This document shows positions 18,334 through 26,199 of a stretch of 39,413 bases of DNA, in pieces. The notes beneath the pieces were generated by a model, which saw only the letters and a program-made list of their open reading frames with translations, was not told the DNA's origin and ran no database searches. Source of the stretch: a virus; the IMG/VR virus record IMGVR_UViG_3300002461_000236, positions 1 to 39,413 of that record. One strand, given 5' to 3'. The translations under genes were made by a program, and so were the position numbers. The number at the start of each line of letters is the position of its first letter. The first letter of the stretch is position 1.

Positions 18334-18677
18334 TGTTTCGCCTGCGCGGTACCGGGCTGCTTGAGCACGCGGTACACCGACGCCCGACTGATCTGCAGGC
18401 GCCGGGCCACTTCGGAGGCGTTACGACCGTTGAACAACGCCAGCACCTGGGCAACCATCTCCTGCCGGGCCGTGGCCGGGCGGCTGGCGATGTAGCACTC
18501 TTCCCCCTTGAACTCGGCCCGCACGGCCGCCTTGAGCTGGTGCACACGCTCAGGCGGGTTGGCCGCCATCTGCGGGATCTCGGCCAGGATGTAGTCAAAG
18601 ATGCGATCGACCAGGTCGGGCTCTGCTGCGACAAGCAGGTCAAGTTCGGGCGTGGTCGGGCTGACGGGCTTTTGCAT
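18312..18677 (-). CDS. Mor-family transcriptional activator-like protein
   Basis: The C-terminal GEECYIASRP...VLALFNGRNASEVARRLQISRASVYRVLKQ parallels phage Mu Mor (GGQVYIPRG...WNDFNGRNVSELTTRYGVTFNTVYKAIRR, recalled from memory). Confidence 0.7.
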   Translation of the reverse strand: MQKPVSPTTPELDLLVAAEPDLVDRIFDYILAEIPQMAANPPERVHQLKAAVRAEFKGEECYIASRPATARQEMVAQVLALFNGRNASEVARRLQISRASVYRVLKQPGTAQAKQSQFSGK

Positions 18678-18680
18678 GGG

Positions 18681-20711
18681 TTACCAATCGCGGCTGAATG
18701 CAGAGGGGGTTGCACGCGGGGTGCGGGGTCTAGTCGCAGGCGTAGCGCTTGCCTGCTCTGCCTTGATTGCTATCGCTTGAATAGCAAACAGGTCGTGGTT
18801 GTCGGGCTGCACGGCGGCTTCCAGCTTTTGCCAGCGGGCGTCGTCGTACCGGTGCAGGCCGCTGGCCATTGCGGCGTGCAGTGCGTAGTTGCGGTTGTCC
18901 AGCTGCTCATTGCGCGGGCGGCGCTTGATCCAGCGGTATGCCTCGCGGCCGTTGATCTTGGCCAGCACGCGCTGCTCGGCGGTGAGCTGTTCGTAGAACT
19001 CGCGCGGCAGTTCGTCGCTGAAGTGCACGAAGCCGGGCCCGGGCTTGGTGATGGCCAGCTGGCCCAGCAGCAGATCCTTGGCGGCATCGACACCCACGCG
19101 CCACAGCTTGATGCCATTGGGCACTTTCTTGCCGCGCCAGTTGATGTCTTGCGAGCTGCTGGGGCCCAGGATATTGGTGGCTTCGTTGCCGTCGCCCTTG
19201 ATGGCGCGCAGGTTGGGCAGGATGTGCTGGGCCTTGACCACCCAGCTGTACACGGCCTGCGTCTGGTCGGATGAGTCGATACTGGTGGCGCTGATGCCTA
19301 GGCTGCCGCCGTGCCAGTCTTGCGTGTAGCGGCGCTGCAGGTGGTGGGTGACGGCGTCCCATTCTTCATCAACGGCGGGGTTGCCTTCGATCTGCACCAC
19401 ATCGACCACCCACGATTCCATGCCGCGGCCCCAGGCGTACACGGTGATTTCCCACCGGTTGCGCTGCACGTCCACCCCGGCGGTCAGGTACAGGCCGCCC
19501 TTGGGCACGGTGCACAGCTTGTACGGCTCGGCCCGGGCCTGCAGGGCGTGTTCGTCGGTGCGCTCGCCTGCGAGCTCCCAGGTTTCGCCCAGGGTTTCGT
19601 TGACGAACGTGGTCATTAGGCCGCCGCTGCCAGCCTCCAGATCCGCGGCCGCGTGCTCAAACTCCTCGACGATGTGTGACCAGTCGCGCTGCGGGCTGTA
19701 TGCAGTCCACACATGCAAGCCCAGCGTTCGCGGCGGATTGCATGGCATGCCCCTGCTGTCGCGCCAGATCCGATCGGCCCCGTACCGCTTGCCCGTGCGC
19801 TCGCACACCCACGACCCGCTGAGAGGCACACCGCCCGGCAGGTAGTCGGCCTGGGTGATAGCGCCGTGGCAATGCGGGCAGACATGGTGGACGGTTTCCG
19901 GCTTGCCCGGCGTCCACTTGAAGCCATGGGCGACATGCTTTCCACCCCAGATCAGCGGGTGCTCGACGCCGCAGTGTGGGCAGTCGATGTGAAAGCGCAC
20001 CATCCCCTCGGTTTTGCCGCACGCCTTTTCGACATGGCACAACCCTTTGTTTCGCGGAGTGCTGCCGCCCACAAACTTGGGGTATGGCGCACCCTCAAGA
20101 CGGCCCTTGGCCAAGCCAGCAGGATCGCCTGATTTCTCGATCTGCTGGTCGAAGGCTGACCACTCATCGAGGATGGCCACGGCCACGGTGATACGGCGGT
20201 AGGCCCGGGCCGCCTTGCCGCCCAGCAGGTGCAGCACGCTGTCGCGGAAGGGCTTGAACTTGATGGTTTCCTCGGTCGCCTTGCCCTGCTTGCGCGCCTT
20301 GTTGATGGCAGGCACGCCGGTGAGCGGGTCAAGCAGCGGGTCGATTTCGCTCTTGACGTAGCTGTCGCGGTCGTCGTCGGTGGGCTGCCACAGAGCCTGC
20401 TTGCGGCGGCGGTGGGCGATGTTGTACGCCACGAAGGCGGTGACCATCTTGGTGTAGCCGACCCGCTTGGCCTTCATCACGGCCAGATCCTCGATCCGAT
20501 CGTCGCTCATGAAGTCCAGGATGCCGACCTGAAACGCCCAGGCCTGCCAGGCGCCCTTTTGGTGGCTGCTTTCGCCAGCGAGCTTGAAGTGGTCGCGCGC
20601 CCAGTCGCCCAGGCGCTGAGGCGGCTCGGCCCGCAGGCTGTCCAGCCCAGTGCGCACTGCCGCCTTGATGGCGGCGGCCGTCTCGGCGTGCAGCGTGGGC
20701 ATGGTGGTCAT
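18681..20711 (-). CDS. terL: Terminase large subunit, GpA (lambda) family
   Basis: 676 aa. AVMKAKRVGYTKMV resembles the lambda gpA KSARVGYSK ATPase motif. The zinc-ribbon-like CPHCGVEHPLIW...CPHCHGAI and the overall layout fit GpA-type terminases. Confidence 0.9.
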   Translation of the reverse strand: MTTMPTLHAETAAAIKAAVRTGLDSLRAEPPQRLGDWARDHFKLAGESSHQKGAWQAWAFQVGILDFMSDDRIEDLAVMKAKRVGYTKMVTAFVAYNIAHRRRKQALWQPTDDDRDSYVKSEIDPLLDPLTGVPAINKARKQGKATEETIKFKPFRDSVLHLLGGKAARAYRRITVAVAILDEWSAFDQQIEKSGDPAGLAKGRLEGAPYPKFVGGSTPRNKGLCHVEKACGKTEGMVRFHIDCPHCGVEHPLIWGGKHVAHGFKWTPGKPETVHHVCPHCHGAITQADYLPGGVPLSGSWVCERTGKRYGADRIWRDSRGMPCNPPRTLGLHVWTAYSPQRDWSHIVEEFEHAAADLEAGSGGLMTTFVNETLGETWELAGERTDEHALQARAEPYKLCTVPKGGLYLTAGVDVQRNRWEITVYAWGRGMESWVVDVVQIEGNPAVDEEWDAVTHHLQRRYTQDWHGGSLGISATSIDSSDQTQAVYSWVVKAQHILPNLRAIKGDGNEATNILGPSSSQDINWRGKKVPNGIKLWRVGVDAAKDLLLGQLAITKPGPGFVHFSDELPREFYEQLTAEQRVLAKINGREAYRWIKRRPRNEQLDNRNYALHAAMASGLHRYDDARWQKLEAAVQPDNHDLFAIQAIAIKAEQASATPATRPRTPRATPSAFSRDW

Positions 20712-21253
20712 GCGGGCATGCCCTCGCTGTAGGGCTCATCCTCGGGCGCGTCGTCGGTCAGCATGGCATCGACGCTGTCGGCCACCAGCCGCTCGGTGGC
20801 GCGGATCCATTCGTTGCGGGCCGAAGCGATCACATGCAGCACGGCCGTCTTGGCTTCGTCGGGCAGATCCGGGCAGGCCTTACGCAGCGTGCCCTCCAGC
20901 TGGTCGAAGCGATCGACCACTGCACTGGCGGCTTGGCCCAGCACATCGGCCAGCAGGCCCACGGGCGCGAACTCGCGGCGGGCCACGGCGTTCTTGATGG
21001 CCTGGCCTTCGCGCTGCTCGCGGGCCAGGGCGGCGCGCTCTTGGACCAGGTCGAGGCCGTAGGTTTCGCCCAGCCGCCCGGCAGCCTGGTCGCGCAGGCG
21101 CTCGCAGTAGGCGGCCAGCCAGCTGGCAGCGGTGTCGCCCTTGGCGATAACGCCTTCGCTCACCATCTGCGACACGCGGGCCTCGCTCACACCGACCATC
21201 TGTGCAAACTCAGCCTGCGAAATCACCTGATCCAGCACGGGCACAACCTTCAC
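20708..21253 (-). CDS. terS: Terminase small subunit, Nu1-like (N-terminal HTH)
   Basis: I chose the GTG at 21253 (AAGGGG upstream) rather than the ORF-track start 21367, whose extra residues are Cys/Tyr-rich and low in GC3. ISQAEFAQMVGVSEARVSQMVSEGVI is a Nu1-like HTH. The stop overlaps terL (ATGA). Confidence 0.75.
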   Translation of the reverse strand: MKVVPVLDQVISQAEFAQMVGVSEARVSQMVSEGVIAKGDTAASWLAAYCERLRDQAAGRLGETYGLDLVQERAALAREQREGQAIKNAVARREFAPVGLLADVLGQAASAVVDRFDQLEGTLRKACPDLPDEAKTAVLHVIASARNEWIRATERLVADSVDAMLTDDAPEDEPYSEGMPA

Positions 21254-21439
21254 TTTGCCGCCCCTTTTGCTATCGCATTCGTAGCAATAAAACCATACTG
21301 CATATTCACTTAACCCCCTTAGCAACACCACGCAACAGCCCGACAGGGCGGCACGAATTACCCGCACTGGGGGAAGCCGGGGAGGACCCGAACCGGGGGG
21401 CGGGGGCGTAGGCCAATGCGGCCAGGCATGCAGACTGAT
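21254..21439. other. Candidate cos / packaging-initiation region
   Basis: Non-coding gap directly upstream of the Nu1-like terS, as in lambda. A locally AT-richer tract (about 21262..21320) is flanked by G/C runs (ccggggaggacccgaaccggggggcggggg). No cohesive end can be defined from sequence alone. Confidence 0.25.
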
Positions 21440-22396
21440 TCATGCCGCCCGCCTCAGCTGGTGCCACGGGCCAGGGCCAGCAGCAGCAAACACACGCTCG
21501 CGATACGCGCGGTTGTGAGCGCGCAGTTCGTCATCGGTCCACGAATTGCCTAGGCCGCTTGTGGCGTACAACACCCCAACGCGCTCACCCATGGTCTTCA
21601 CGCCCTCAAGCGATTGCCACCAGTCGGCAGCAAGGGCCGGCAACGGCAGCTGATCGCACCAACGCTCGCCATGCAGCCAGCTGCTGGCCTTTGGCACGTA
21701 CCGCCCGCCTTCTTCGGCCCACCGCTCTGTCGCAGCCCATGCCTGCACCGATGCGATGACCCTTGCCTGCAACGCAGCGTCGGGCTTGATCCGCGCCCAT
21801 TGGCGACGTGCGGCCTTCTCCTCGGTCTTTCGCGGGTACACAGCCCAGAAGGCATCAAACCCGTCATCCCCACCAGCGCATGGCTTTGCGGGCTTGAGGT
21901 GCTTCTGCACATGCTCGCTCGCGCCCCCCGCCTTTGCGGGGGGTTGGGGGGGTATTTCTGACGGTTCTTGACGGTTCTTGGGTATTAGTGTCCGCGTGGC
22001 GGACTGGTTTAGTCCGCGTGGCGGACTGGTTGGGTCCGCGTGGCGGACGGGTTCGCGTGGCGTACCGGTTCGCGTGGCGGACTGGTAAGGGTGGTTATCC
22101 ACAGCGTTTGCTGCGGCTGCTGATTCATTGGCGTCTGCCACGAACTTTGCAGGCTCCACCCAGTACGTGGTCTTGCGACCGTTGGAGCGACTGGCACGCA
22201 CGGCACCCCTCGCTTCCAGCCACGCAATGGCTTCAATGACAGCGGTGCGACCGAAGCACGTACGCTCACACAGGCGCTCGATGGTGGGCCAGCAATAGCC
22301 CTCATCGTTCGCCATGTCGGCAAGGGACACCAGCACGGCTTTGGCTGGCGGCCGCATCTGCAGGGGCCAGCACAGGGACATGATGCGAGTGCTCAT
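21440..22396 (-). CDS. Replication initiator-like protein (N-terminal winged-helix, lambda O analogue)
   Basis: MSLCWPLQMRPPAKAVLVSLADMANDEGYCWPTIERLCERTCFGRTAVIEAIAWLEARGAV is a typical replication-protein HTH/wHTH domain. Iterons lie inside the gene. I chose ATG 22396 (ATGA overlap); GTG 22414 is the alternative. Confidence 0.7.
   Translation of the reverse strand: MSTRIMSLCWPLQMRPPAKAVLVSLADMANDEGYCWPTIERLCERTCFGRTAVIEAIAWLEARGAVRASRSNGRKTTYWVEPAKFVADANESAAAANAVDNHPYQSATRTGTPREPVRHADPTSPPRGLNQSATRTLIPKNRQEPSEIPPQPPAKAGGASEHVQKHLKPAKPCAGGDDGFDAFWAVYPRKTEEKAARRQWARIKPDAALQARVIASVQAWAATERWAEEGGRYVPKASSWLHGERWCDQLPLPALAADWWQSLEGVKTMGERVGVLYATSGLGNSWTDDELRAHNRAYRERVFAAAGPGPWHQLRRAA
21990..22087. 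repeat. Origin iterons (5 copies) inside the initiator gene
   Basis: GTCCGCGTGGCGGACTGGTT occurs at 21990 and 22012, with a variant at 22034 and shorter CGCGTGGCG(G/T)AC(T/C)GGT copies at 22054 and 22071. Each contains the dyad TCCGC-N3-GCGGA. Spacing is 22/22/17/17 bp. Confidence 0.8.
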
Positions 22397-22914
22397 GACA
22401 ACAGGCCAGCCCACACACCCAGGCCAGACACGCGCCCGGTGCCCACGCGCAGCGAGCGCACGTAAGACGGGCTGATGCCTGTGCGGCGGGCAGCTTCGGC
22501 CGATGTAAGGGATGTGTCGCGGGCCAGGTCGATCAGCTCAGGGGCGTGGCGTGCACGGCTGCGGCTTGCTGCCGCACGGTTGGCCAGGGCAATGGGGTGG
22601 CTGTACGCGCCGCGCTGGCTGGCGCGGCGCTGGGCCTCACGGCGGGTCACCTCGCAAAGGCACGCCAGGCACAGGCGGTTGCCACAGGCAGGCACCACGT
22701 ACATGCCAGCGCGCGGTGCGCGGCCGTGCTGAGCCTGGAACACCAGGCGGGGCAGCGATGCACCCACCCATGGCCGGATGGATGCCTGCGGCACGCCGCT
22801 GGTCTGCTTCACGCTGCCCTGCCAGATCAGGCAGCCATCGACGTCGATGCAGCCAGCCAGCACGCGGTCGATGATGCGGGCCGCGTCGTCAATGGATAGA
22901 ACCAGCTCAGACAC
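22393..22914 (-). CDS. Putative DNA-binding protein (Cys-rich N-domain plus C-terminal HTH)
   Basis: GTG 22914 overlaps the upstream stop. DGCLIWQGS ... CGNRLCLACLC form Cys clusters. The C-terminal LTSAEAARRTGISPSYVRSLRVG is a helix-turn-helix. Confidence 0.6.
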   Translation of the reverse strand: MSELVLSIDDAARIIDRVLAGCIDVDGCLIWQGSVKQTSGVPQASIRPWVGASLPRLVFQAQHGRAPRAGMYVVPACGNRLCLACLCEVTRREAQRRASQRGAYSHPIALANRAAASRSRARHAPELIDLARDTSLTSAEAARRTGISPSYVRSLRVGTGRVSGLGVWAGLLS

Positions 22915-23767
22915 CAGCAGCCTCCCGAATCCGAAAGCGCATGCGGCGGGCCAGGTAGTCCTGCGTAGCCGCGCTCTTGCCCAAGCCGTCCAGATCCAGC
23001 CGGGGTTTGTAGACGCCCTTGCGCACAAACATCACCACCGGCTTCACCGTGGCGCCAGTGGAGCCCAGCACAGCCCAAATGCCCGGGGCAAGGTTGCTGG
23101 CGCGCTGGTCGGCCTCACCCTTACGGGTCATGCGCGCACCGCCGCGCGCCTTGCCATAGCTCACGATGTAGCGGCGGCCCAGCTGGGGCCCTGCCACCTT
23201 GGCCAGGCGCGATGCGGCACCGCCGCGGCCCAGGTTGGCGCGGGTCTTGTCCGTCATGTTGGCGCGGTAGCCCTGCTCGCCAAACGCCTGGAAGTAGCTG
23301 ATGAGCTGCACCAGGAACGGGCCGCGCAGGTTGCCGTAGCCATCCTCACTGCCAGGGAACGGCGTGGCCGGGATGGCCAACTGCATGCCATTGGGCAGGA
23401 TGCCCGCACGGCGCAGGGCCACCTCGCTGCGCTTGTCGCGCCGCTGGCCGCCAAATTCCTGCGCTTGCAAGACCTGCTGCGGGTCCACGCCGATTTTGCC
23501 GCCCTTGGTGCCGAACTGGCTGGCATACGTGGGCGCAATCGACACCTCCAGCTTGTCGGCCGTGGCCGGGAACACCTTGGGTGAGCGCACGATGAACGGC
23601 GTGGGCCTGTCAAAGCGCTGCGTAATCTCGCGCTGCATATCGCGGCGCACTTGGAAGCCCGTGTCGTTCAGTGCCTTGGCATAGGCCGCACGCGCCTGGC
23701 CGCCCGAAAGCGCCTCCAGCTGCGCTTTCACGCGCTCAATGCCTTTGATCGTGATGTTCAGTTGCAT
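22907..23767 (-). CDS. Hypothetical protein
   Basis: 286-aa ORF with strong codon bias in the CII-initiator operon. No family recognised. The N-terminus MQLNITIKGIERVKAQLEAL loosely recalls morphogenesis proteins, but this is not supportable. Confidence 0.7.
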   Translation of the reverse strand: MQLNITIKGIERVKAQLEALSGGQARAAYAKALNDTGFQVRRDMQREITQRFDRPTPFIVRSPKVFPATADKLEVSIAPTYASQFGTKGGKIGVDPQQVLQAQEFGGQRRDKRSEVALRRAGILPNGMQLAIPATPFPGSEDGYGNLRGPFLVQLISYFQAFGEQGYRANMTDKTRANLGRGGAASRLAKVAGPQLGRRYIVSYGKARGGARMTRKGEADQRASNLAPGIWAVLGSTGATVKPVVMFVRKGVYKPRLDLDGLGKSAATQDYLARRMRFRIREAAGV

Positions 23768-23769
23768 GC

Positions 23770-24279
23770 TTACCCCTGCGCCCGCACAGGCACCCGGCCT
23801 GCCACGTAGGCATTGCCCGCATTGATGTGGCCCTGCAGCTCCTCCACCAGGTGCTGCACCCGGCTGCGGCCGTTGGGCGTGACGGCACCGTCGTGCCCGG
23901 CCTCCTCTTGCACCGCCTTGGCCAGGTCGCCAAACAGCTGCGCGCCCTTGGCCAGAAACTCGGCCACGCCGCCCACGCTGGCAGGGTTCACGCGCACCAG
24001 CACATACCCCTCGGCAGCGGCCAGCGCCTCGGTACCGGCCATGCAGCCCGTGGCGTGCTGGATCATCTGCAGCTCACTCACTGACAGGTGGTGCGTGTCG
24101 GTGTGCAGGCTCACCTTCTTTTGCAGCGTGCTCGGCGACATACCGATGCGCTTGGCAACACTTTCCAGCCGCCCGTGCAGCATGGTTGCCACCGCAACCA
24201 GTACATCAGGCCGGGTGGACGGCAGGGCCTCATCGTCGCCATAGGCAACAGCGACAGGAATTGAGACAGTTGCCCTCAT
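23770..24279 (-). CDS. Phage 186 CII-like (CP76 family) regulatory protein
   Basis: LESVAKRIGMSPSTLQKKVSLHTDTHHLSVSELQMIQHATG...GYVLVRVN aligns by eye with 186 CII MAKLAERAGMNVQTLRNKLNPEQPHQFTPPELWLLTDLTE...LPCVPVN (from memory). The length, 169 aa, is the same. Confidence 0.6.
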   Translation of the reverse strand: MRATVSIPVAVAYGDDEALPSTRPDVLVAVATMLHGRLESVAKRIGMSPSTLQKKVSLHTDTHHLSVSELQMIQHATGCMAGTEALAAAEGYVLVRVNPASVGGVAEFLAKGAQLFGDLAKAVQEEAGHDGAVTPNGRSRVQHLVEELQGHINAGNAYVAGRVPVRAQG

Positions 24280-24532
24280 GACGAATCAAACCCCCAGCTG
24301 CGCTACGGCAGCACCAGCAACCACCAGCACCGCCGCCCTGGCCGACCGCGTGGCCGCCCTCGAGCTGCTGGTGCAGCAGATGCTGTTTGTGATGGATGCG
24401 CAGGGCACGCTCAGCATTGACGACTTGGGCGCGTGGCTCGACACAGCCGCAGGCCGGATGCGCGCCACAGGCAGCGTGGCGCCGCAGCAGCTGCGGGCGC
24501 TTGAATCGCTCACCGACATGGTGTGCGCATGA
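24278..24532 (+). CDS. Hypothetical protein
   Basis: 84 aa with very high GC3 from about codon 20 onward. Its ATG overlaps the ATG of the divergent CII-like gene (CATG). A terminator follows. Confidence 0.6.
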   Translation: MTNQTPSCATAAPATTSTAALADRVAALELLVQQMLFVMDAQGTLSIDDLGAWLDTAAGRMRATGSVAPQQLRALESLTDMVCA

Positions 24533-24569
24533 CCTGCATAGAAAGCACCCCGCCACGCCACCGCACGAA

Positions 24570-24605
24570 GCTGCGCGCACCTGCCCGCACGCGCAGCGCC
24601 TTTTT
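24570..24605 (+). terminator. Rho-independent terminator
   Basis: GCTGCGCG-12 nt-CGCGCAGC stem followed by gccTTTTT. Confidence 0.55.
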
Positions 24606-24724
24606 GATGGGGTGGAGTAACCCGGCAGCGCGGCTGCTGGCGTGGCAGGGTGGCAAAAAGGGTGCCCGCCCGTCCCTGGCATACGATGGAAGCTGCAACA
24701 CAACCACCACCAAAGAGGGCGAAC

Positions 24725-25087
24725 ATGAACGAAGAAGAGGCGCTGTCAGCGCTGCTGTCAATTGCCGACGAGATGGATGCCGAAGCTCTAGACACGCTGA
24801 TTTCGGCCATGGCCGAGGTGCGAGCCAAGAAGCTACCCGCTGTGGCCAGCACCAGGCCAACAGAGCCGTCAGACATCGACACCCCCGTGACGATGGAGAA
24901 CAGCCCGGCAATGTTCGCAAAGCTGCTCAAGGACGGACGAGTCCGGCTGTGGGCACGCAGCAGCGGCTTTGGCTGGTTGGCTTTCAACCTTCCTATGGAG
25001 GACGCCCGAACCCTGCGCGACTGGTTCATGGCCAATGTGGACGGCATCTCCGACCTCTTCAGCGAGCGCCTCGGCCCAACTCACTAG
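24725..25087 (+). CDS. Hypothetical acidic protein
   Basis: Start MNEEEALSAL with AGAGGG 5 nt upstream. 120 aa. Convergent with the membrane-protein gene 25096..25485. Confidence 0.65.
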   Translation: MNEEEALSALLSIADEMDAEALDTLISAMAEVRAKKLPAVASTRPTEPSDIDTPVTMENSPAMFAKLLKDGRVRLWARSSGFGWLAFNLPMEDARTLRDWFMANVDGISDLFSERLGPTH

Positions 25088-25095
25088 GCGCAACA

Positions 25096-25485
25096 TCAAA
25101 ACGCCTCCTGCGCAGCAATCTGCTTGTCCATGTGCTGACGTTGCGCAGCCGTGCACACGATCGACCACAGGCAAGCAGCCATCAGCCACCAGCAGCCGAA
25201 CCATGCAAGCACGCCAACCTGCAGGAACGCGCTGCACCGGAAAAACACCCGCAGCCACATGGGCGCGCCGCGGTGCAAACGGCTCGGCTTGGCCATGGCC
25301 GCGATGGTGTACACCACCGCGCAAAACCACGTCCACGCCATGAACAGATTGCCCGCCCCCTCACTGCCACCCAGCAGCCAGGCCAGCAGCGCCGCCCAGG
25401 ATGCGGCCAGCAGCGCGAAATTCATGGGCAACTGGTGCCACGCATAGGGATCGACCGGCAAGCGCTCGGGTTCGACATTCGTCAT
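25096..25485 (-). CDS. Hypothetical integral membrane protein (about 4 TM, Trp/Cys-rich)
   Basis: 129 aa with GAGGTGG upstream of the ATG. Hydrophobic segments include FALLAASWAALLAWLLG, FMAWTWFCAVVYTIAAM and VGVLAWFGCWWLMAACLWSIV. Confidence 0.7.
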   Translation of the reverse strand: MTNVEPERLPVDPYAWHQLPMNFALLAASWAALLAWLLGGSEGAGNLFMAWTWFCAVVYTIAAMAKPSRLHRGAPMWLRVFFRCSAFLQVGVLAWFGCWWLMAACLWSIVCTAAQRQHMDKQIAAQEAF

Positions 25486-25536
25486 TCAGACCACCTCTTG
25501 AAGTTCGGGATTGGTTGCACCCACGCTGCACACCAT

Positions 25537-25577
25537 CGCGGCGCCTTGCGGTGTTTGGGGGGCGACCAGCTCGGGCC
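25537..25577. repeat. 41-bp direct repeat copy A (duplicated 3' fragment of the Cro-like gene)
   Basis: 38/41 identical to 25945..25985. On the minus strand it encodes PELVAPQTPQGAA, the same peptide as the C-terminus of the 25918..26199 product. Confidence 0.85.
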
Positions 25578-25645
25578 GGAGGGCGGCGCGGGGCGCCTTT
25601 CTAGAATGGAAGTTCCACCCACCACCCATCGAAAGGGCCCGCACC

Positions 25646-25834
25646 ATGAACGAAGAACTTTTCAAGTCGGCCGTCATCATTGCCGCACCAATGCTTGCTG
25701 CCACTGCGCAAAAGTCACAGACCCCGCTGCACAAGGATGCGATTCAGAAGGCTGTCGTGTATGCGTACGAGCAACTGGAACAGGCTCAGCAGACACTGCG
25801 GGACCGCCCGCTGCCCGACTCGGCGTATCAGTAA
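25646..25834 (+). CDS. Small hypothetical protein (62 aa) inside the repeat-bracketed segment
   Basis: Start MNEELFKSAV with GAAAGGG upstream. It is oriented opposite to both neighbours. GC3 is visibly lower than in core genes. Confidence 0.5.
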   Translation: MNEELFKSAVIIAAPMLAATAQKSQTPLHKDAIQKAVVYAYEQLEQAQQTLRDRPLPDSAYQ

Positions 25835-25917
25835 TCCCCAGCCAGTACAACGGCCCACGACGACGATTGCGCAGCCGCTCAACGGCTGCGGGGACATGCG
25901 CTGTGAGCCTGCGAACG

Positions 25918-26199
25918 CTATGCATGGGCAATCTCCTGCGCCTGCGCGGCGCCCTGTGGGGTTTGGGGGGCGACCAGCTCGGGCCAGATGTCTTGCCAGT
26001 CGTCGGGGCGAATGTCACGGCGGGTGACGGCGCCGGAGGTGAATCGCTCTATGGCTGACGCATGCTCAAGCGGGATCGACTTGTCGCCGCTCGCCATCTT
26101 GGCCACGAAGGACGGGGGCACATGCAGGTGTGCTGCCAACCGCACGCCCCTGCCGCGTTCGGCGGATAGCCAAGTTTTGAGGAGTTCCATGGGCTGCAT
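25918..26199 (-). CDS. Cro/YdaS-like HTH regulator
   Basis: LAAHLHVPPSFVAKMASGDKSIPLEHASAIERFTSGAVTRRDIRPDDW matches the YdaS/Cro-type pattern (IE..T.G.V.R.DLRPD.W). The second ATG (26190) may be the real, leaderless start, because the first ATG overlaps the predicted -10. Confidence 0.75.
   Translation of the reverse strand: MQPMELLKTWLSAERGRGVRLAAHLHVPPSFVAKMASGDKSIPLEHASAIERFTSGAVTRRDIRPDDWQDIWPELVAPQTPQGAAQAQEIAHA
25945..25985. repeat. 41-bp direct repeat copy B (inside the 3' end of the Cro-like gene)
   Basis: See 25537..25577. Confidence 0.85.

Noticed and set aside
20708-21367. The full 219-aa ORF as the small terminase.
   Set aside because: The first 38 codons (MRVIRAALSGCCVVLLRGLSEYAVWFYCYECDSKRGGK) lie in the AT-richer non-coding region, have atypical composition and lack an SD. 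The GTG at 21253, just before the Nu1-like HTH, is preferred.
21990-22087. Possible CRISPR array, because of regularly spaced repeats.
   Set aside because: The repeat units directly abut each other (17-22 bp periodicity, no spacers) and lie inside a replication-initiator gene. This is an iteron-type origin, not a CRISPR array.
24651-24666. Sigma-54-like -24/-12 element TGGCAaaaaggGTGC upstream of the 24725 gene.
   Set aside because: GG/GC spacing is correct, but the -12 region is GTGC rather than TTGC. No enhancer-binding protein or upstream activator sites are evident. A single weak match in a GC-rich genome is expected by chance.
25871-25889. Hairpin GCAGCCG-ctcaa-CGGCTGC between the 62-aa gene and the Cro-like gene, as a bidirectional terminator.
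   Set aside because: There is no U-run on either strand after the stem, so it cannot be called an intrinsic terminator from sequence alone.
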